From NCBI GenBank assembly GCA_050613775.1, contig JBODTK010000156.1:186001-250000 (forward strand): a DNA stretch of 64,000 nt. The letters run 5' to 3'. The position numbers and the translations under genes are program-made. Source of the DNA: Neocallimastix sp. 'constans' (Eukaryota). Positions 39,801 to 52,435 of the stretch are shown here, one piece after another. Positions within the stretch are counted from its first letter, which is position 1. Each line of letters opens with the position of its first letter. Under the pieces are notes generated by a model. The model saw only the letters and a program-made list of their open reading frames with translations, was not told the DNA's origin and did no database searches.

Positions 39801-41475
39801 TTCTAATGCAATTAATTCTGATAGTCCTCAAACAAAACATAATAAAAGTTTAATTTACAATAAATTTCATATAAAGAAAAATCATCATGAAAATAATAAA
39901 CATGTTACAAAAAGTAAAAATTATAAATATATTAAGAACCCAGTGTCAATATCAACCAATATTCCTATGACATATAACGACGCGATTACCTGTAAAAATA
40001 AGGAATATTGGAAGAAAGCCATTGTTAATGAACTTAACAACCTATATGGTAATAAAATAATGACTTATGTTGAAAACGTTCCAAAAGGGAAAAATGTGAT
40101 TTCTACCAGATGGGTATTCACAACCAAAACTGATGAAGATAATAATATAATTAAATTTAAAGCACGACTGGTCGCAAGGGGATTTAGTCAAAAAGAGGGA
40201 ATAGATTTCAACCTTACATATTCCCCTACATTAAATATTGATTGTATTAAATTAATTCTATTTATTGCCGCAAAGTTTAAATGGAATGTCCAACAATTAG
40301 ATATTAAAGCCGCCTACCTTAACGCTGATTTGGACAAAAATATTTATGTTTCCATTCCTCCAGGGGATGTAAATTACAAAAAAGGATTTTGGTTATTAAA
40401 TAAAGCACTATACGGCCTAAAACAATCTGGCCGACAATGGAATATTAAAATTACAAAATTTCTCATTGATAATGGATTTGTTCAACTTAATTCTGAAAAA
40501 TGTATTTTTAAAAAGGTAGAAAATGGAGTATTAATCGCTATTATAGGCATATATGTGGACGATATGATTATTACGGGTTATGATAATGAAATTTTTTCTA
40601 TTATAAATAAAATTAAAAGAAAATTTAAAATTTCAAAATGTGAACCAATAAAATACATTCTTGGAATAAAAATTGATAAAGTTAAAAATAAATTTATTAT
40701 TTCCCAAAAAGGATTTATTAAAAAATTATTAGAAAAATTTAACATTAAATATACAAAAAGAAATAATACGCCATGTACAGGCAATAATTTAATATCTGAA
40801 AATAAAGATCCATTTAATAAAACTATTTATAAAAGTGCTATTGGATCTCTAATATTTCTAGCAAAATGTACAAGACCAGATATTACATATGCCGTACATA
40901 AAGCCGCAAGAAAATCTGAAAATCCCTGTGTATCCGACTGGAAAGCAGTAACAAATATTATGAAATATTTAAACAATACTGTAGATTACAAATTATATTA
41001 TGATGGGATAGGAACTATAACTGGATATTCTGATGCTGATTATGCTGGAGATATAACAGATAGAAAATCTACTTCTGGTTTCATAATTATGTTAGGAAAC
41101 TCACCTTTAATTTGGTCTTCTAAAAAACAATCTACAGTTGCCACTTCTACTGCAGAAGCAGAATATGTTAGTACCGCTGAATGTTTGAAAACTATTTTAT
41201 GGTTAAGAAATATTTTATATGAACTATTTAATTTTAGTAAAACCATTACAATTTACACGGACAATTTAGCAAGTAAGACAAGCATTGAAAATGGGGAATT
41301 AAATTCGAAGTTAAAACATATTGATATTAAATATCATTTTAATAAGGATTATATTGAAAAGAAAATTATTAAATTGGAATATGTTGATTCTCAGAACATG
41401 CTTGCTGACATATTCACAAAAGATTTAAATGGAAAGAAAATATTAAATTTTTCAAATAAAATTTTTATTTCATAA
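36808..41475 (+). CDS. gag-pol: Gag-Pol polyprotein (1555 aa) of element B
   Basis: FNGKNFQVW (copia gag start); CHICEIFGHTTREC knuckle; WLYDCGA protease; WHRRLGH..CLDC; HSD / KSDNG / NGLAER integrase; YVDD RT; YSDADYAGD RNase H; MLADIFTK. Confidence 0.97.
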   Translation: MSQENIKPFNGKNFQVWEFRVTTAVEKLALEKYLESDVYKDTKDKAKGDKEKLNEVKKNNATVREILINAIDDEILHDFINIKSPFQIMQKLRKKYGGGETDIRYWIRKLNNLKAKNTEEITYVLDEMFSIFETLEGKKQVISDREKLKFMYDSMPKNFRNYLDIDEDTKPQELYNKINKKLNMIAYLEGGEDYNYYYQDDPMEIDIVEKSRKNSKYNNELKERLHKNYIKNCEEKRYCHICEIFGHTTRECRYNLKYTKQNSKNREHKKNYHNKNHHQRNNNFNKNRLVAQIEKSDEEENYVDTLDYEEICQLAKGNINLVEEMKHSEEHDNTEKGLFNIYNKEETTEWLYDCGACEHITNNKNLLTNYTKSPNELLCANGSKFSYDGFGEYEFQINDTKIKLKRVLYSPDVTRNIISAIELAKIGIKTITEPLNKNSNIVKLTLMDSNNKIIHNIFSTKSNQFLLHVNNVKMLDKNEIMSINDSKMTWHRRLGHFYNKEMENYLKDHDVSEPDCLDCKIAKMKRSPHNRETPKASELLEVIHSDIIGPINKSITEKRFILTIIDEFSRKSWIFLLKSKNETIDIIINMFKFLNNIFKENKIKYFKSDNGREYNNRKILEFCKNNGIRKIYSPPYNPENNGLAERFNQTIISCAKTLLFWSKLSENFWDFAIIYANYIYNKVPHSGIDNKIPEEIFYNKKVNLKYIKVFGCIAYYKDYSQDKGKFDSNANKGIFLGFDEQSYSYLIMDYENFKMHRVREIQCIEDEPANISLSENITNDLSNSNFFNFNFINNTQLTNSSNLISTVYNNDENFNYQLNDVNNLFQKLNLNGNSDENKMDIDPEFSNKNKYKTDYYSPNSIKRYQKTFNNHNLHGNLDNNFYNNYYDKTDHYYAKNNNFKFDQSKNFFINKNFSKNEQKINNYNNIYQTLFNNNLNKNNPEQNQILINNNNLNKNNFEQNQTLFNNKLNKNNFEQNLTLNNKLNKNYSEQNQTLFNNNSNAINSDSPQTKHNKSLIYNKFHIKKNHHENNKHVTKSKNYKYIKNPVSISTNIPMTYNDAITCKNKEYWKKAIVNELNNLYGNKIMTYVENVPKGKNVISTRWVFTTKTDEDNNIIKFKARLVARGFSQKEGIDFNLTYSPTLNIDCIKLILFIAAKFKWNVQQLDIKAAYLNADLDKNIYVSIPPGDVNYKKGFWLLNKALYGLKQSGRQWNIKITKFLIDNGFVQLNSEKCIFKKVENGVLIAIIGIYVDDMIITGYDNEIFSIINKIKRKFKISKCEPIKYILGIKIDKVKNKFIISQKGFIKKLLEKFNIKYTKRNNTPCTGNNLISENKDPFNKTIYKSAIGSLIFLAKCTRPDITYAVHKAARKSENPCVSDWKAVTNIMKYLNNTVDYKLYYDGIGTITGYSDADYAGDITDRKSTSGFIIMLGNSPLIWSSKKQSTVATSTAEAEYVSTAECLKTILWLRNILYELFNFSKTITIYTDNLASKTSIENGELNSKLKHIDIKYHFNKDYIEKKIIKLEYVDSQNMLADIFTKDLNGKKILNFSNKIFIS

Positions 41476-41490
41476 TAAAATTATATTTGC

Positions 41491-41497
41491 GGGGGAG
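41491..41497 (+). promoter_or_regulatory. Polypurine tract of element B
   Basis: gggggag immediately before the 3' LTR. Confidence 0.85.
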
Positions 41498-41995
<498 letters not shown>

Positions 41996-42949
41996 TTAAA
42001 ATTGTTATCATTAGTATTATTATTAATAGGAAAATTGTAGATAACCGTACAAAGAAATTCTTAATTATTTATAGTTCGGTTATAGTTTTATGTTAAAAGT
42101 TTTAATGAAGTAATTTAATTAAAAATGGACTTATGTAATGTTAAATTTATTTTTGGAGGCATTATACTTTAGTATCATCGCAAATGAATTTTACATAGTA
42201 CTCTTTCATAACTTCAAGAAGTGCTCAACCAAACAAAGTTATATTGTAATAATAATATTAAAAATAATAAAAAAAAAAAAAAAAAGAAAAGGTATTTTTA
42301 ATTAAATTTAATTTTTAAACTTTTTTTTTTTTTTTTTTGTGCTTAATTTTAAAAATGTCTCAATATTAATTTTTTATAATAAAGAAAAAAAAGAGTTTTT
42401 GATATGAGAGGATTATATATAGATGCTCATTCTTTATACTCTTTTAACTCAGTATCTTTATTATACTATTGTTATTTATTATTATTTTTGAAGTTTTTCC
42501 TGTTGGTAATATATTATATCTTAAGAAATATTTAAAAATGGTTGTCTTTTCTATATTTATATAACTTAGAAAACTGATTAATTTTCATAACAGGGATAAT
42601 TATTTTATTATCATAATAATAAATTTTAATATATCATTTGGTATATTTTAAAATACTTTTCTTATTAAGCAGTTGATGATATTCTTGTTTATGCTAAAGG
42701 TAATAAGATTTTTATGGTTTAACTATATAACATACAACAAAATAGCTTGACTATTTATAATATTTATTTACATATATTATGAATTTATTTACATATGATA
42801 TTGATTTAATAGCATTCAATGAATGTAAAAAGAAAGAATTTTTTTCACTTCTTCACTCTATATTTAATTAACTAAGAATGCATTTAATTAACTAAGAATA
42901 AAATACCATTGGGAACTAATAAATGTATATCTATGATAATTAAACCTCT

Positions 42950-43235
42950 TTTTTTTGTTCAATACCATACTTTTGAAGATATTACATTTTATTTTTGTAA
43001 TTTTTCCAATATCCAAATGTTTTCATAAACAATTAAACACCATTTAAGATCATATATTATTAGTAAAATCTTTCTATTATGAACATTTTTTTTGAATAGA
43101 ATAAAAATCATACAAGAGATTTTAATAATTGATAAAAAGTTATGGTATATTAGGACTAAAAATTTTTTATGTTCTATAATAAATATTAAAATTTTTAGTC
43201 CTTAAATATTCAGCTTCAGAGGTGGATGTCCCAAA

Positions 43236-43274
<39 letters not shown>

Positions 43275-44200
43275 GAGTTGAAATAGGATTTGTACCCATT
43301 AAAATATTGTGTCCTGAAGTAGATTTTCTATCGTTTGCATCACTGGCAAAATCCAGATCTGTGTGTGCATTTATTTTACCGTTACCGTCGTATCTTATTT
43401 AATAATGTTTTGTTCCATTTAAGTACTTTAAAATTTCAATAGCTTTTTTTTTTCCCAATCGGTTTAAGATAGATTTTCTTATTTCCTTTCAACAAAATTA
43501 ATAATAAATACAATATCTAGACGGTAAATTTCTTTGACTAAGGAGGGATTTAGGTAGGCTGATTTAAAATCTAATTGGTAATCATTTCATTGAAGTTTGT
43601 AGCATATGCAAGAAGTAATTTTATATAGTCAATAGTTAAGGTTGGACTAAATTTAAGCTCATAATCAATACTGTATCTTTGGACGGAATCTCTTGCAATA
43701 AGCTTGGCTTTTCTTTTAATAATTTTGTTATTTACATCTTTTTTAATTGCAAAAACCTATCTTATTGAAATTGGTCGTTTTTCTCTAAGATTTTTTAACA
43801 AAAGTCATGTTTTTGAATTATTGTTAATAAAATTATTAATATTATTAATATTATTTTTATTTTCATTGGATAACAAAATTTTATTAATAAAATTTTGACC
43901 ATTTTTTTTGAATTAAAATTTTCATAAATTGAAAATTTTTTATTATAAGAATTTGGTACATTATTTAAAAATTTTATATTAATAAAATTATTATTTAAAT
44001 CAGATAATTTTTTGGTGTTTGAAAAAATTTTTATTGGTTAGTATATTGGTATCTGGATTTTGGATAAAATTTTCAAAGTTTTGATTAAATTCTAAATTTA
44101 TTTTATTTGAAAAATTTTCACCATTATTTTGAATTTTTAGGCCAATAAAACTGGTATTAGAATTAATAAAATTATTTGAAAAATTTTTATCATATAAAAA

Positions 44201-44242
<42 letters not shown>

Positions 44243-44367
44243 ATTATTATTATTATTATTATTATAATTAAAATTATTATCGAAATTACTATTATTAAAA
44301 CTTTGTTCATTTTTTGACCAATTAATAAAAAACTTTTCATTATTTTGATCAGAAAAACTATTATTAA

Positions 44368-44430
<63 letters not shown>

Positions 44431-46100
44431 TTGATTTGAAATATTATGATTTGAAATATTTAAATTATGGTTAAAGTTATTATTATTAACATTAGAAAAG
44501 TTATTATCATCAGGAATAAAATAATTGTTGTCATTATTGTTTTAATTATTATTGATATTATTATTATTATAATATATTATTATTAGTATAATTACATAAT
44601 AATTTATAGATAAAAGATAAATCTAAACACAAATTTAGTTTATTATTATTATTGTCCTTAATATAAGTTGAGATTCTTTTTGTAATATCCTTAGTTATAC
44701 AAGCTGGTGTATCTTCTTGAAACATAACTTCTCTTGCTTGATGTAAATAAAAACTATCATAGTCCATGATTAAATATGAGTTTGAGTCATTTCTGAATCC
44801 TAAGAAAAAAACCTTGTTTTGTTGAGCACTTCAAGAAGTGCTCAACAAAATTAGAACCTAATGCATTAGGTTCTAATTTTCCTTTTTAGGGAGAGAAATC
44901 CTTATAACATGCCATACATACGAAAAATTTAACATGATTGTCATGGACGGATGTACCGAAAAACACTTCATTTGGAATTTGATTATTAATTTCAGAATGA
45001 GGAGTAAGGTTATAAAGTTATTTTGAATAGTGGATTGCAAAATCCCAAAATCTGATATTAGGTTTTCTCCAGCTTAGTAAACATTTTGATGAATAGAAAA
45101 TGGTTTAATTGAAGCGTTCGGCTATACCATTGTTTTGAGGATTTCTTGGAGGTGGATATTTTTACAGAATTTGTTAACTTTTCTACAACAGTATTCTTTT
45201 CCTTGATCCGATTTGAAATTAGTTATTTTAAAATTTGGAAAAAAGATTATTTAACTATTTGAAAAAATTAACAATGATATCAAATGCATCTGATTTTCTT
45301 TTCATTGTGAAAATCTAAGACTTCTTAGAGAATTCATCAATAAAAGTAATGATGAATTAAAGACCATAAAATGAATCTGGGAAAGGGCCAATAATGTCGG
45401 AGTATATAACATCTCATAGATTGGTGGCCTTAGGAGTTACTCTATTGTGAGACAATCTTTTCATTCTAGATATATTATAGGTAATTCAATTATTGGCGTT
45501 GTTAATATATAACTGGTAGTATGTTCTTTTACGAATTTTGATAAGTCTTTGTGGAAGAAACGATCAAGTTTTCTATGCCAAAGATTATCGCTCTTAGTGT
45601 TCAGAATTAAATTACTGTATTTATTATTTATTTTAATTCTGAATGTATTGTGTCCATCAATTGATCTATAAGTATCAATAATATCGTTAATTATTGAAAT
45701 TCAATATAGGCAAATTGAATTCCACTAATCAAATTTTTATTTTCATTCTTTGAGTAGAGTACTTTGGTTAAGGTAATGTTGTGACCGTTAATTGAGCCTT
45801 GGTACATGCCAAATCCATTTCAGAATTATTGGTACAAGTTATATTGATTTTGTATTTTTTAAAGTTTGTTTATAAACTTTTATTATTAGTAATTGCACCA
45901 GAATCATAAATCCAAGTTGATTCGTTATTGTCGTTAGTAGTTGTTCGATTATTATTATCATAATCATTAATATAATTAATATTATTTGTGTAATTAATAT
46001 CATAATTAAGATTTTTATCTAAATTATTATTTTTACATTTATAATTATTAAGATTATTATTATTATTGAAATTTTTTTTTTTAATTTATCATTTTTATAA
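42950..46100 (-). mobile_element. Decayed Ty1/copia pol relic
   Basis: On the minus strand: WIYDSGA (~45895-45915), WHRKL (~45565-45580), QNNGIAERFN (~45105-45137), KGKLEPNA..FLGF, an Asn-rich linker, KAKLIAR..IDYELKFSPTL (~43637-43710) and HTDLDFASDANDRKSTSGH..TSTSEAEY (~43205-43370). Many stops and deletions. Confidence 0.85.
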
Positions 46101-46228
46101 TTATTAAGGTTATTAATGGATTTTCATATCATCATCATATTCAGATAAATTATTATTTTCTATATTATTAATATACTTTAAAGATTTTTATAATTTTTAC
46201 AATTAAATATGAGAATATATTAAATAAA

Positions 46229-47010
46229 ATAATAAATAATAAATAATAAATAATAAATAATAAATAATAAATAATAAATAATAAATAATAAATAATAAAT
46301 AATAAATAATAAATAATAAATAATAAATAATAAATAATAAATAATAAATAATAAATAATAAATAATAAATAATAAATAATAAATAATAAATAATAAATAA
46401 TAAATAATAAATAATAAATAATAAATAATAAATAATAAATAATAAATAATAAATAATAAATAATAAATAATAAATAATAAATAATAAATAATAAATAATA
46501 AATAATAAATAATAAATAATAAATAATAAATAATAAATAATAAATAATAAATAATAAATAATAAATAATAAATAATAAATAATAAATAATAAATAATAAA
46601 TAATAAATAATAAATAATAAATAATAAATAATCAATAATAAATAATAAATAATAAATAATAAATAATAAATAATAAATAATAAATAATAAATAATAAATA
46701 ATAAATAATAAATAATAAATAATAAATAATAAATAATAAATAATAAATAATAAATAATAAATAATAAATAATAAATAATAAATAATAAATAATAAATAAT
46801 AAATAATAAATAATAAATAATAAATAATAAATAATAAATAATAAATAATAAATAATAAATAATAAATAATAAATAATAAATAATAAATAATAAATAATAA
46901 ATAATAAATAATAAATAATAAATAATAAATAATAAATAATAAATAATAAATAATAAATAATAAATAATAAATAATAAATAATAAATAATAAATAATAAAT
47001 AATAAATAAT
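46229..47010. repeat. (AATAAAT)n heptamer satellite
   Basis: About 110 units; source of spurious IIYYLLF ORFs. Confidence 0.97.
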
Positions 47011-49275
47011 ACATATTTTTATTTTTCTAATTAAAAAAAAAAAAAAAGAATAATTAACAATAATTTTTTATTCAGAATAAATGTAAAATATTTCAGATAT
47101 TAAGCAATAAAAAATATTTTCATATATACTTCATATTTTCATATTAATGTTATATTAAAAAATTATATATATAGAATATCAATAATTTTATATAGTTATT
47201 TTTATTATTAAAATCAATATTAATATTATATAGTTTTTTTTTTATTAAAATTTTAATAATAAAATAAAACTAATAATTGATTAAAATTAGTTTTATTTTA
47301 TTATTAAAATTTTAAGATAAAATATAAAAGAGTAATAATAAAACATTTTTAACATATTTATTTTTTTTTTTATTTATTTAAATGTTTATTATTTAAAAAT
47401 ATTTAAAGCCACATTTTGAGAAATGAATAATTGCGAAATGCACAACTCCCTATAACTTAATATAAAGTTCACCTTAAATAAACAATAAATAAATAATAAA
47501 TTAATAAATAAATAATAAATAAATAAATATATAATAATAATAATAATAATAAATAAATAAATAAATAAATAAATAAAAAAAATATCTTTCGATTTAAGCA
47601 TTCAATTGTAAAAAATTACTTCATTAATAAAAAAGTAATAAAGTGAATATTAATTATTCGAATTATTCAAATAAAAATTAAATTAAAAGTAAATTTTATT
47701 TCGAAAGGTAACAGAAAAAAAGTTTAAAGGTTTAAAAAACCAACTGAAATAAAAGGAAAAACAAATATTAAATTGAAAAAATACAAAAGCAAATTAACAA
47801 ACATGGAAAATCAACTTAATATATAAAATAATGAAGTAATAATTGTAAGAAAGCATCAAAATCATGAGGAATTGGAATATTTTTTATATGGTTTATAATA
47901 TCCATAATAAAAATGAAATAAGTATATATAATAAAAAAATTAATACCAATTTAAAAATAAAATGTGAAATTTTAACTAAAATCATAATTAATTAATTAAT
48001 TAATAATATTATTTTAATATAAAAAAAAATTTTTTTTTATCTTCTTTTATTGATAACTAAAATTCTTTGAATTGTATTGGAAATTTTTTTTTATTTGCTG
48101 ATAACAAAATTTCCTTAAGAAAAATATAAAACACAAACTTTTTTATTTATTATAAACTAAAATTTTCTGAAAAAAAAAAAAAAAAGGATAGAGATACAAG
48201 AAAATAAATATTTTTTCTTTACTATTTTTTCTTTACTAATAATATATAATTTTTATTTAAAAAAAAAAGTAATAAAATACAATTATTTATAATTTATAAT
48301 TTATAAAAATTTCAAAAGCAATATTTATTTTATTTTAAAGTTATATTTTAAGTTGATTTTTAATTTTATTTTTAATTAATTATTTTTGTATAATTTTTAA
48401 TTATATATAATATTTCATTATAATTATTTTACTGAATAATATTTTAGTAATTTTAAAAAAAATTTTCTCTTTTTATTTTTTTATTTTAAAAAAAATTTTC
48501 TCTTTTTATTAAAATTTAATTAATTACCATAAAAGTATAAAAATATAACACACATATTCAATATAATTAATAATAATTAATAATAATTAATAATAAGCAA
48601 TTATAAGCCAAAAATGTAACCAATGCATTGAAATTTCGAATTTGTGAAGAAAAAATTAAACAGAAACAAAATTTATGATTAAAAAATTAAATAATTAAAT
48701 AATATATAATAATATATTTACACCATATATTACTATATATTAGTATGTACTTTATCATCTATTTCAATTTATTTCATTCTCTAGAATTACTTAATAATAA
48801 TAATTATTAATTTTTTTTTATTTTATTTTTTTTATTTATTTATTTTTTATTATTATTTTTAATTTGTATCAAACTAATATTTGATGCATAATAATTTATT
48901 TTTAGTGTATATGATATTAGGCTTAACTTTTTATACTTTTCATATATACTTTTTAATTTAATAATAAATAAAATAGTTAATCCATTTAAATATCTTGTCT
49001 TACTAATAATTCATAGTTACAATAACATTATTTTATTTGCTTTGTTCATTCTGTATTAATAATTATTAATTTTTAAATAGAAAATCCAATACTTTTAAAT
49101 ACCAAATTTTGGTTATGTTCTTATTATATTATGTAGAGACTTGAAATTATAGTAGATTATTGTAATAATAAAATTTGAAAAAAATTTTTTTTTGAAAAAA
49201 TACAAATTATATTAAGAAAATCTTATCTAAATAATAAATAATTAATAATAAATAATAAATAATTGAAATAATTGA

Positions 49276-49822
49276 ATAATAAATAATAAATAATAAATAA
49301 TAAATAATAAATAATAAATAATAAATAATAAATAATAAATAATAAATAATAAATAATAAATAATAAATAATAAATAATAAATAATAAATAATAAATAATA
49401 AATAATAAATAATAAATAATAAATAATAAATAATAAATAATAAATAATAAATAATAAATAATAAATAATAAATAATAAATAATAAATAATCAATAATAAA
49501 TAATCAATAATCAATAATCAATAATCAATAATAAATAATAAATAATAAATAATAAATAATAAATAATAAATAATAAATAATAAATAATAAATAATAAATA
49601 ATAAATAATAAATAATAAATAATAAATAATAAATAATAAATAATAAATAATAAATAATAAATAATAAATAATAAATAATCAATAATCAATAATCAATAAT
49701 CAATAATAAATAATAAATAATAAATAATAAATAATAAATAATAAATAATAAATAATAAATAATAAATAATAAATAATAAATAATAAATAATAAATAATAA
49801 ATAATAAATAATAAATAATAAA
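49276..49822. repeat. (AATAAAT)n / (AATAATC)n heptamer satellite
   Basis: About 78 units, with two blocks of the C variant. Confidence 0.95.
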
Positions 49823-51902
49823 TATAGAAATTTATAAATATAGATATACAGTAAGAAAAGGTCTCGATAGTAGTAATAAAAACTATATTATATAATAATG
49901 AAATAGAGTGAAATATTAAAAATTTGAATTTATTTAATAAATTTATTTTTTAGTGGAAAGTTTTGAATTTATTATAGAATAAAGTTATAGTTACACAAGA
50001 TTTGATAATATTATAATTAAACCAAACCAAACAATAAGCAATATAAACTAATAAATGAAATTAATTTAAAATTTATATTAAGATACATTGTTACACTAGG
50101 ATGACAAAAATAGATTTAATAAATAAAAAACTTTTTAAATAATTGGAATAATATATTATCAATATACAATAATATATGTAAATTATACGATAACAGCATA
50201 TGATAAGAATATTTATATATTTTATATAAATTAATATTTATTTATTTTTAAAATATTTCGATATAAGATTATTATATATGAAACTTGTATGTAATATAAG
50301 GGAAAAATAAAAAAGATTATATATTACTATTATTAATAATATATATTGTTAATTGAATATATTGACCAATAATTTATTGGATTTTATTTTTCTATGGATA
50401 TAAAAAAATAAGATAAATATATATGTATTTGTTTAACGAATAGGAATCCAGGAAAGTATTCTTATAATGAATTCTAAAAACAATAAAACCAATTGAGGAT
50501 TAATAATAATTATATAAAATATTAAATAAAAATTTTTTAAAATTAAAATCATATAAAAAAAGTAAAATGAACAATATTTTGAACTCTTTTTTTTTTCTTT
50601 AGTATTCTTTGATTTATTTTTTTGTTAAATAATTGATTAATTATTTTAGAATTTTATAAATTTATATATTATGTATATATTTTTATAAAATTCTAAAATT
50701 TATTTTATTTTATTATATTTTTTATTATTTTTTTTATTAATTTAATCATTAAACATATATTTATTTTAATTAATTTACATATTTATATAAATATTAGATA
50801 TTATATTCGACGTTTAAAATAAAAAAGTTATCTATTTAATATATATATATTTTATTATAATAAAAAGAAATATAAAGGAAAGATTAAATATAATTTAAAT
50901 TCACTATAGATTATGAAAATAGATTTTACATATAAATGAATTATTAATTTTAATACGCACAAAATTAAAATTTCATTACACGCACAAGAGAATAAAAAAT
51001 TAAATTTTTTATATAATTAAGGATAGGATTGTACAAAATATTAAATAAATATATTATATTAATATATATATTAGAAGTTAATTAAAATTATATATCGAAT
51101 AGATTTATTAATAAAAATTAGGTTTAGAAAATATTATAAAATAAAAAATAGTACATATATAAAATTTCAATAAATAAAATACCTTTAAATAAATAATTTA
51201 ATAAATTCATTCAAATTATAGTACTTATAAGTACACTAAAAATATTTTAAATCATAAAAATAGTACATAAAATAATTCAGACATAATTAGTAAAAAAATA
51301 AACTTTTTTTTTATTTTTTTAATAATATTTAATTATATATTATTTTATTTTTTATATTCTTTTTTATGAAAAATGAAATAAAATATAATTATTCAATAAA
51401 ATATCATATTATACAATAAAATATAATTTAATTTTGAAAAGTGTTATAATAAATAAATAATAATTAAACCAGAATTTTTGGTAAACAAAATAAATAAAAA
51501 TAACACTTTTTTTATAAATTCAATTCCAGAAAATAATAAAAAAATTAAAATAAAAATATTCAACTTCTTTAATATTAAATTCCAAATAAAATAAAAAAGT
51601 AAAATTTTTATTTTATTTTCATTACATAAATTTCAATAAAATATAATTATTCAGTTATTCTTTAAAGAATCTGATAATTATTCATAGAAAAAAAAAATCA
51701 ATAATAAAATTTTACTAAAAAATAAAGATTTTTTAAATTTTTTAAAATAAACCATTAAAAATTTTAAAAAATAATAAAAAAAATATCTTTATTAATTATT
51801 TTTTAAAAAATAAAGTATTATTCAATATTAACCTAAAAACAAACAAATCAAAAAAAAAAAATACAAAATAAATAAATAAAAATAACAAATAAAAATAAAA
51901 AA

Positions 51903-52242
51903 ATGGAAAATTATCAAGAAAAATACGAAAATTTATCTGAATCTGGATCAGATTCCTCAACAGCTTTATTAGATCTTTCAAAATTAGAATATAGTTTGAA
52001 GAGGCTCGAGGCTTTAGCTAGCGCATCAACTTCAGACGTTGAAAGTGAAATTGATTTTGATATTAATGATGTTACAGATGGTGGCAAGTTAGATTTTGAA
52101 AATGACGATTTTATTCCAAAGATACCAATTAGAAGTTATCAAAATGATGATTTTCAAACTAGAAGATATTCTGGCAAAGAATATGTCAGTCTAAGTAATG
52201 AAAATAAGGAAACTTCGACTCCATCGAATAATATATTAAATG
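51903..52242 (+). CDS. Exon 1 of giant coiled-coil protein gene
   Basis: ATG in an A-rich context (aaaaATGG) and coding-like composition (MENYQEKYENLSES...). Ends at a G|GTAAAG donor. Confidence 0.85.
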
Positions 52243-52435
52243 GTAAAGTATTTTAATAAATAATATGGAATAATTCTTATTTTTTTTTAAATTATTATAG
52301 AAAAACGAATTATTATTTAATATTTCTTATTATTAAAATATTAAATTAAAATTATTTAATTAAAATCCATTGTTTATTTATTATATAATAATTATTATTT
52401 ATTTAATTTGAATTAAATAAAAATATAATTGACAG
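52243..52435 (+). other. Spliceosomal intron (193 bp, phase 1)
   Basis: gtaaag...gacag, very AT-rich. Splicing gives G+AG (Glu), in frame with the long downstream ORF. Confidence 0.8.

Noticed and set aside
46168..47014. IIYYLLF-repeat ORFs (also 49242-49514)
   Set aside because: Translations of a 7-bp satellite.
47433..47450. MULE-like terminus gcgaaatgcacaactccc
   Set aside because: Resembles the TIR at 10358-10375, but no partner TIR or TSD was found, so no element can be delimited.
51903..52256. Stand-alone 117-aa protein
   Set aside because: Better explained as exon 1 reading into the intron.
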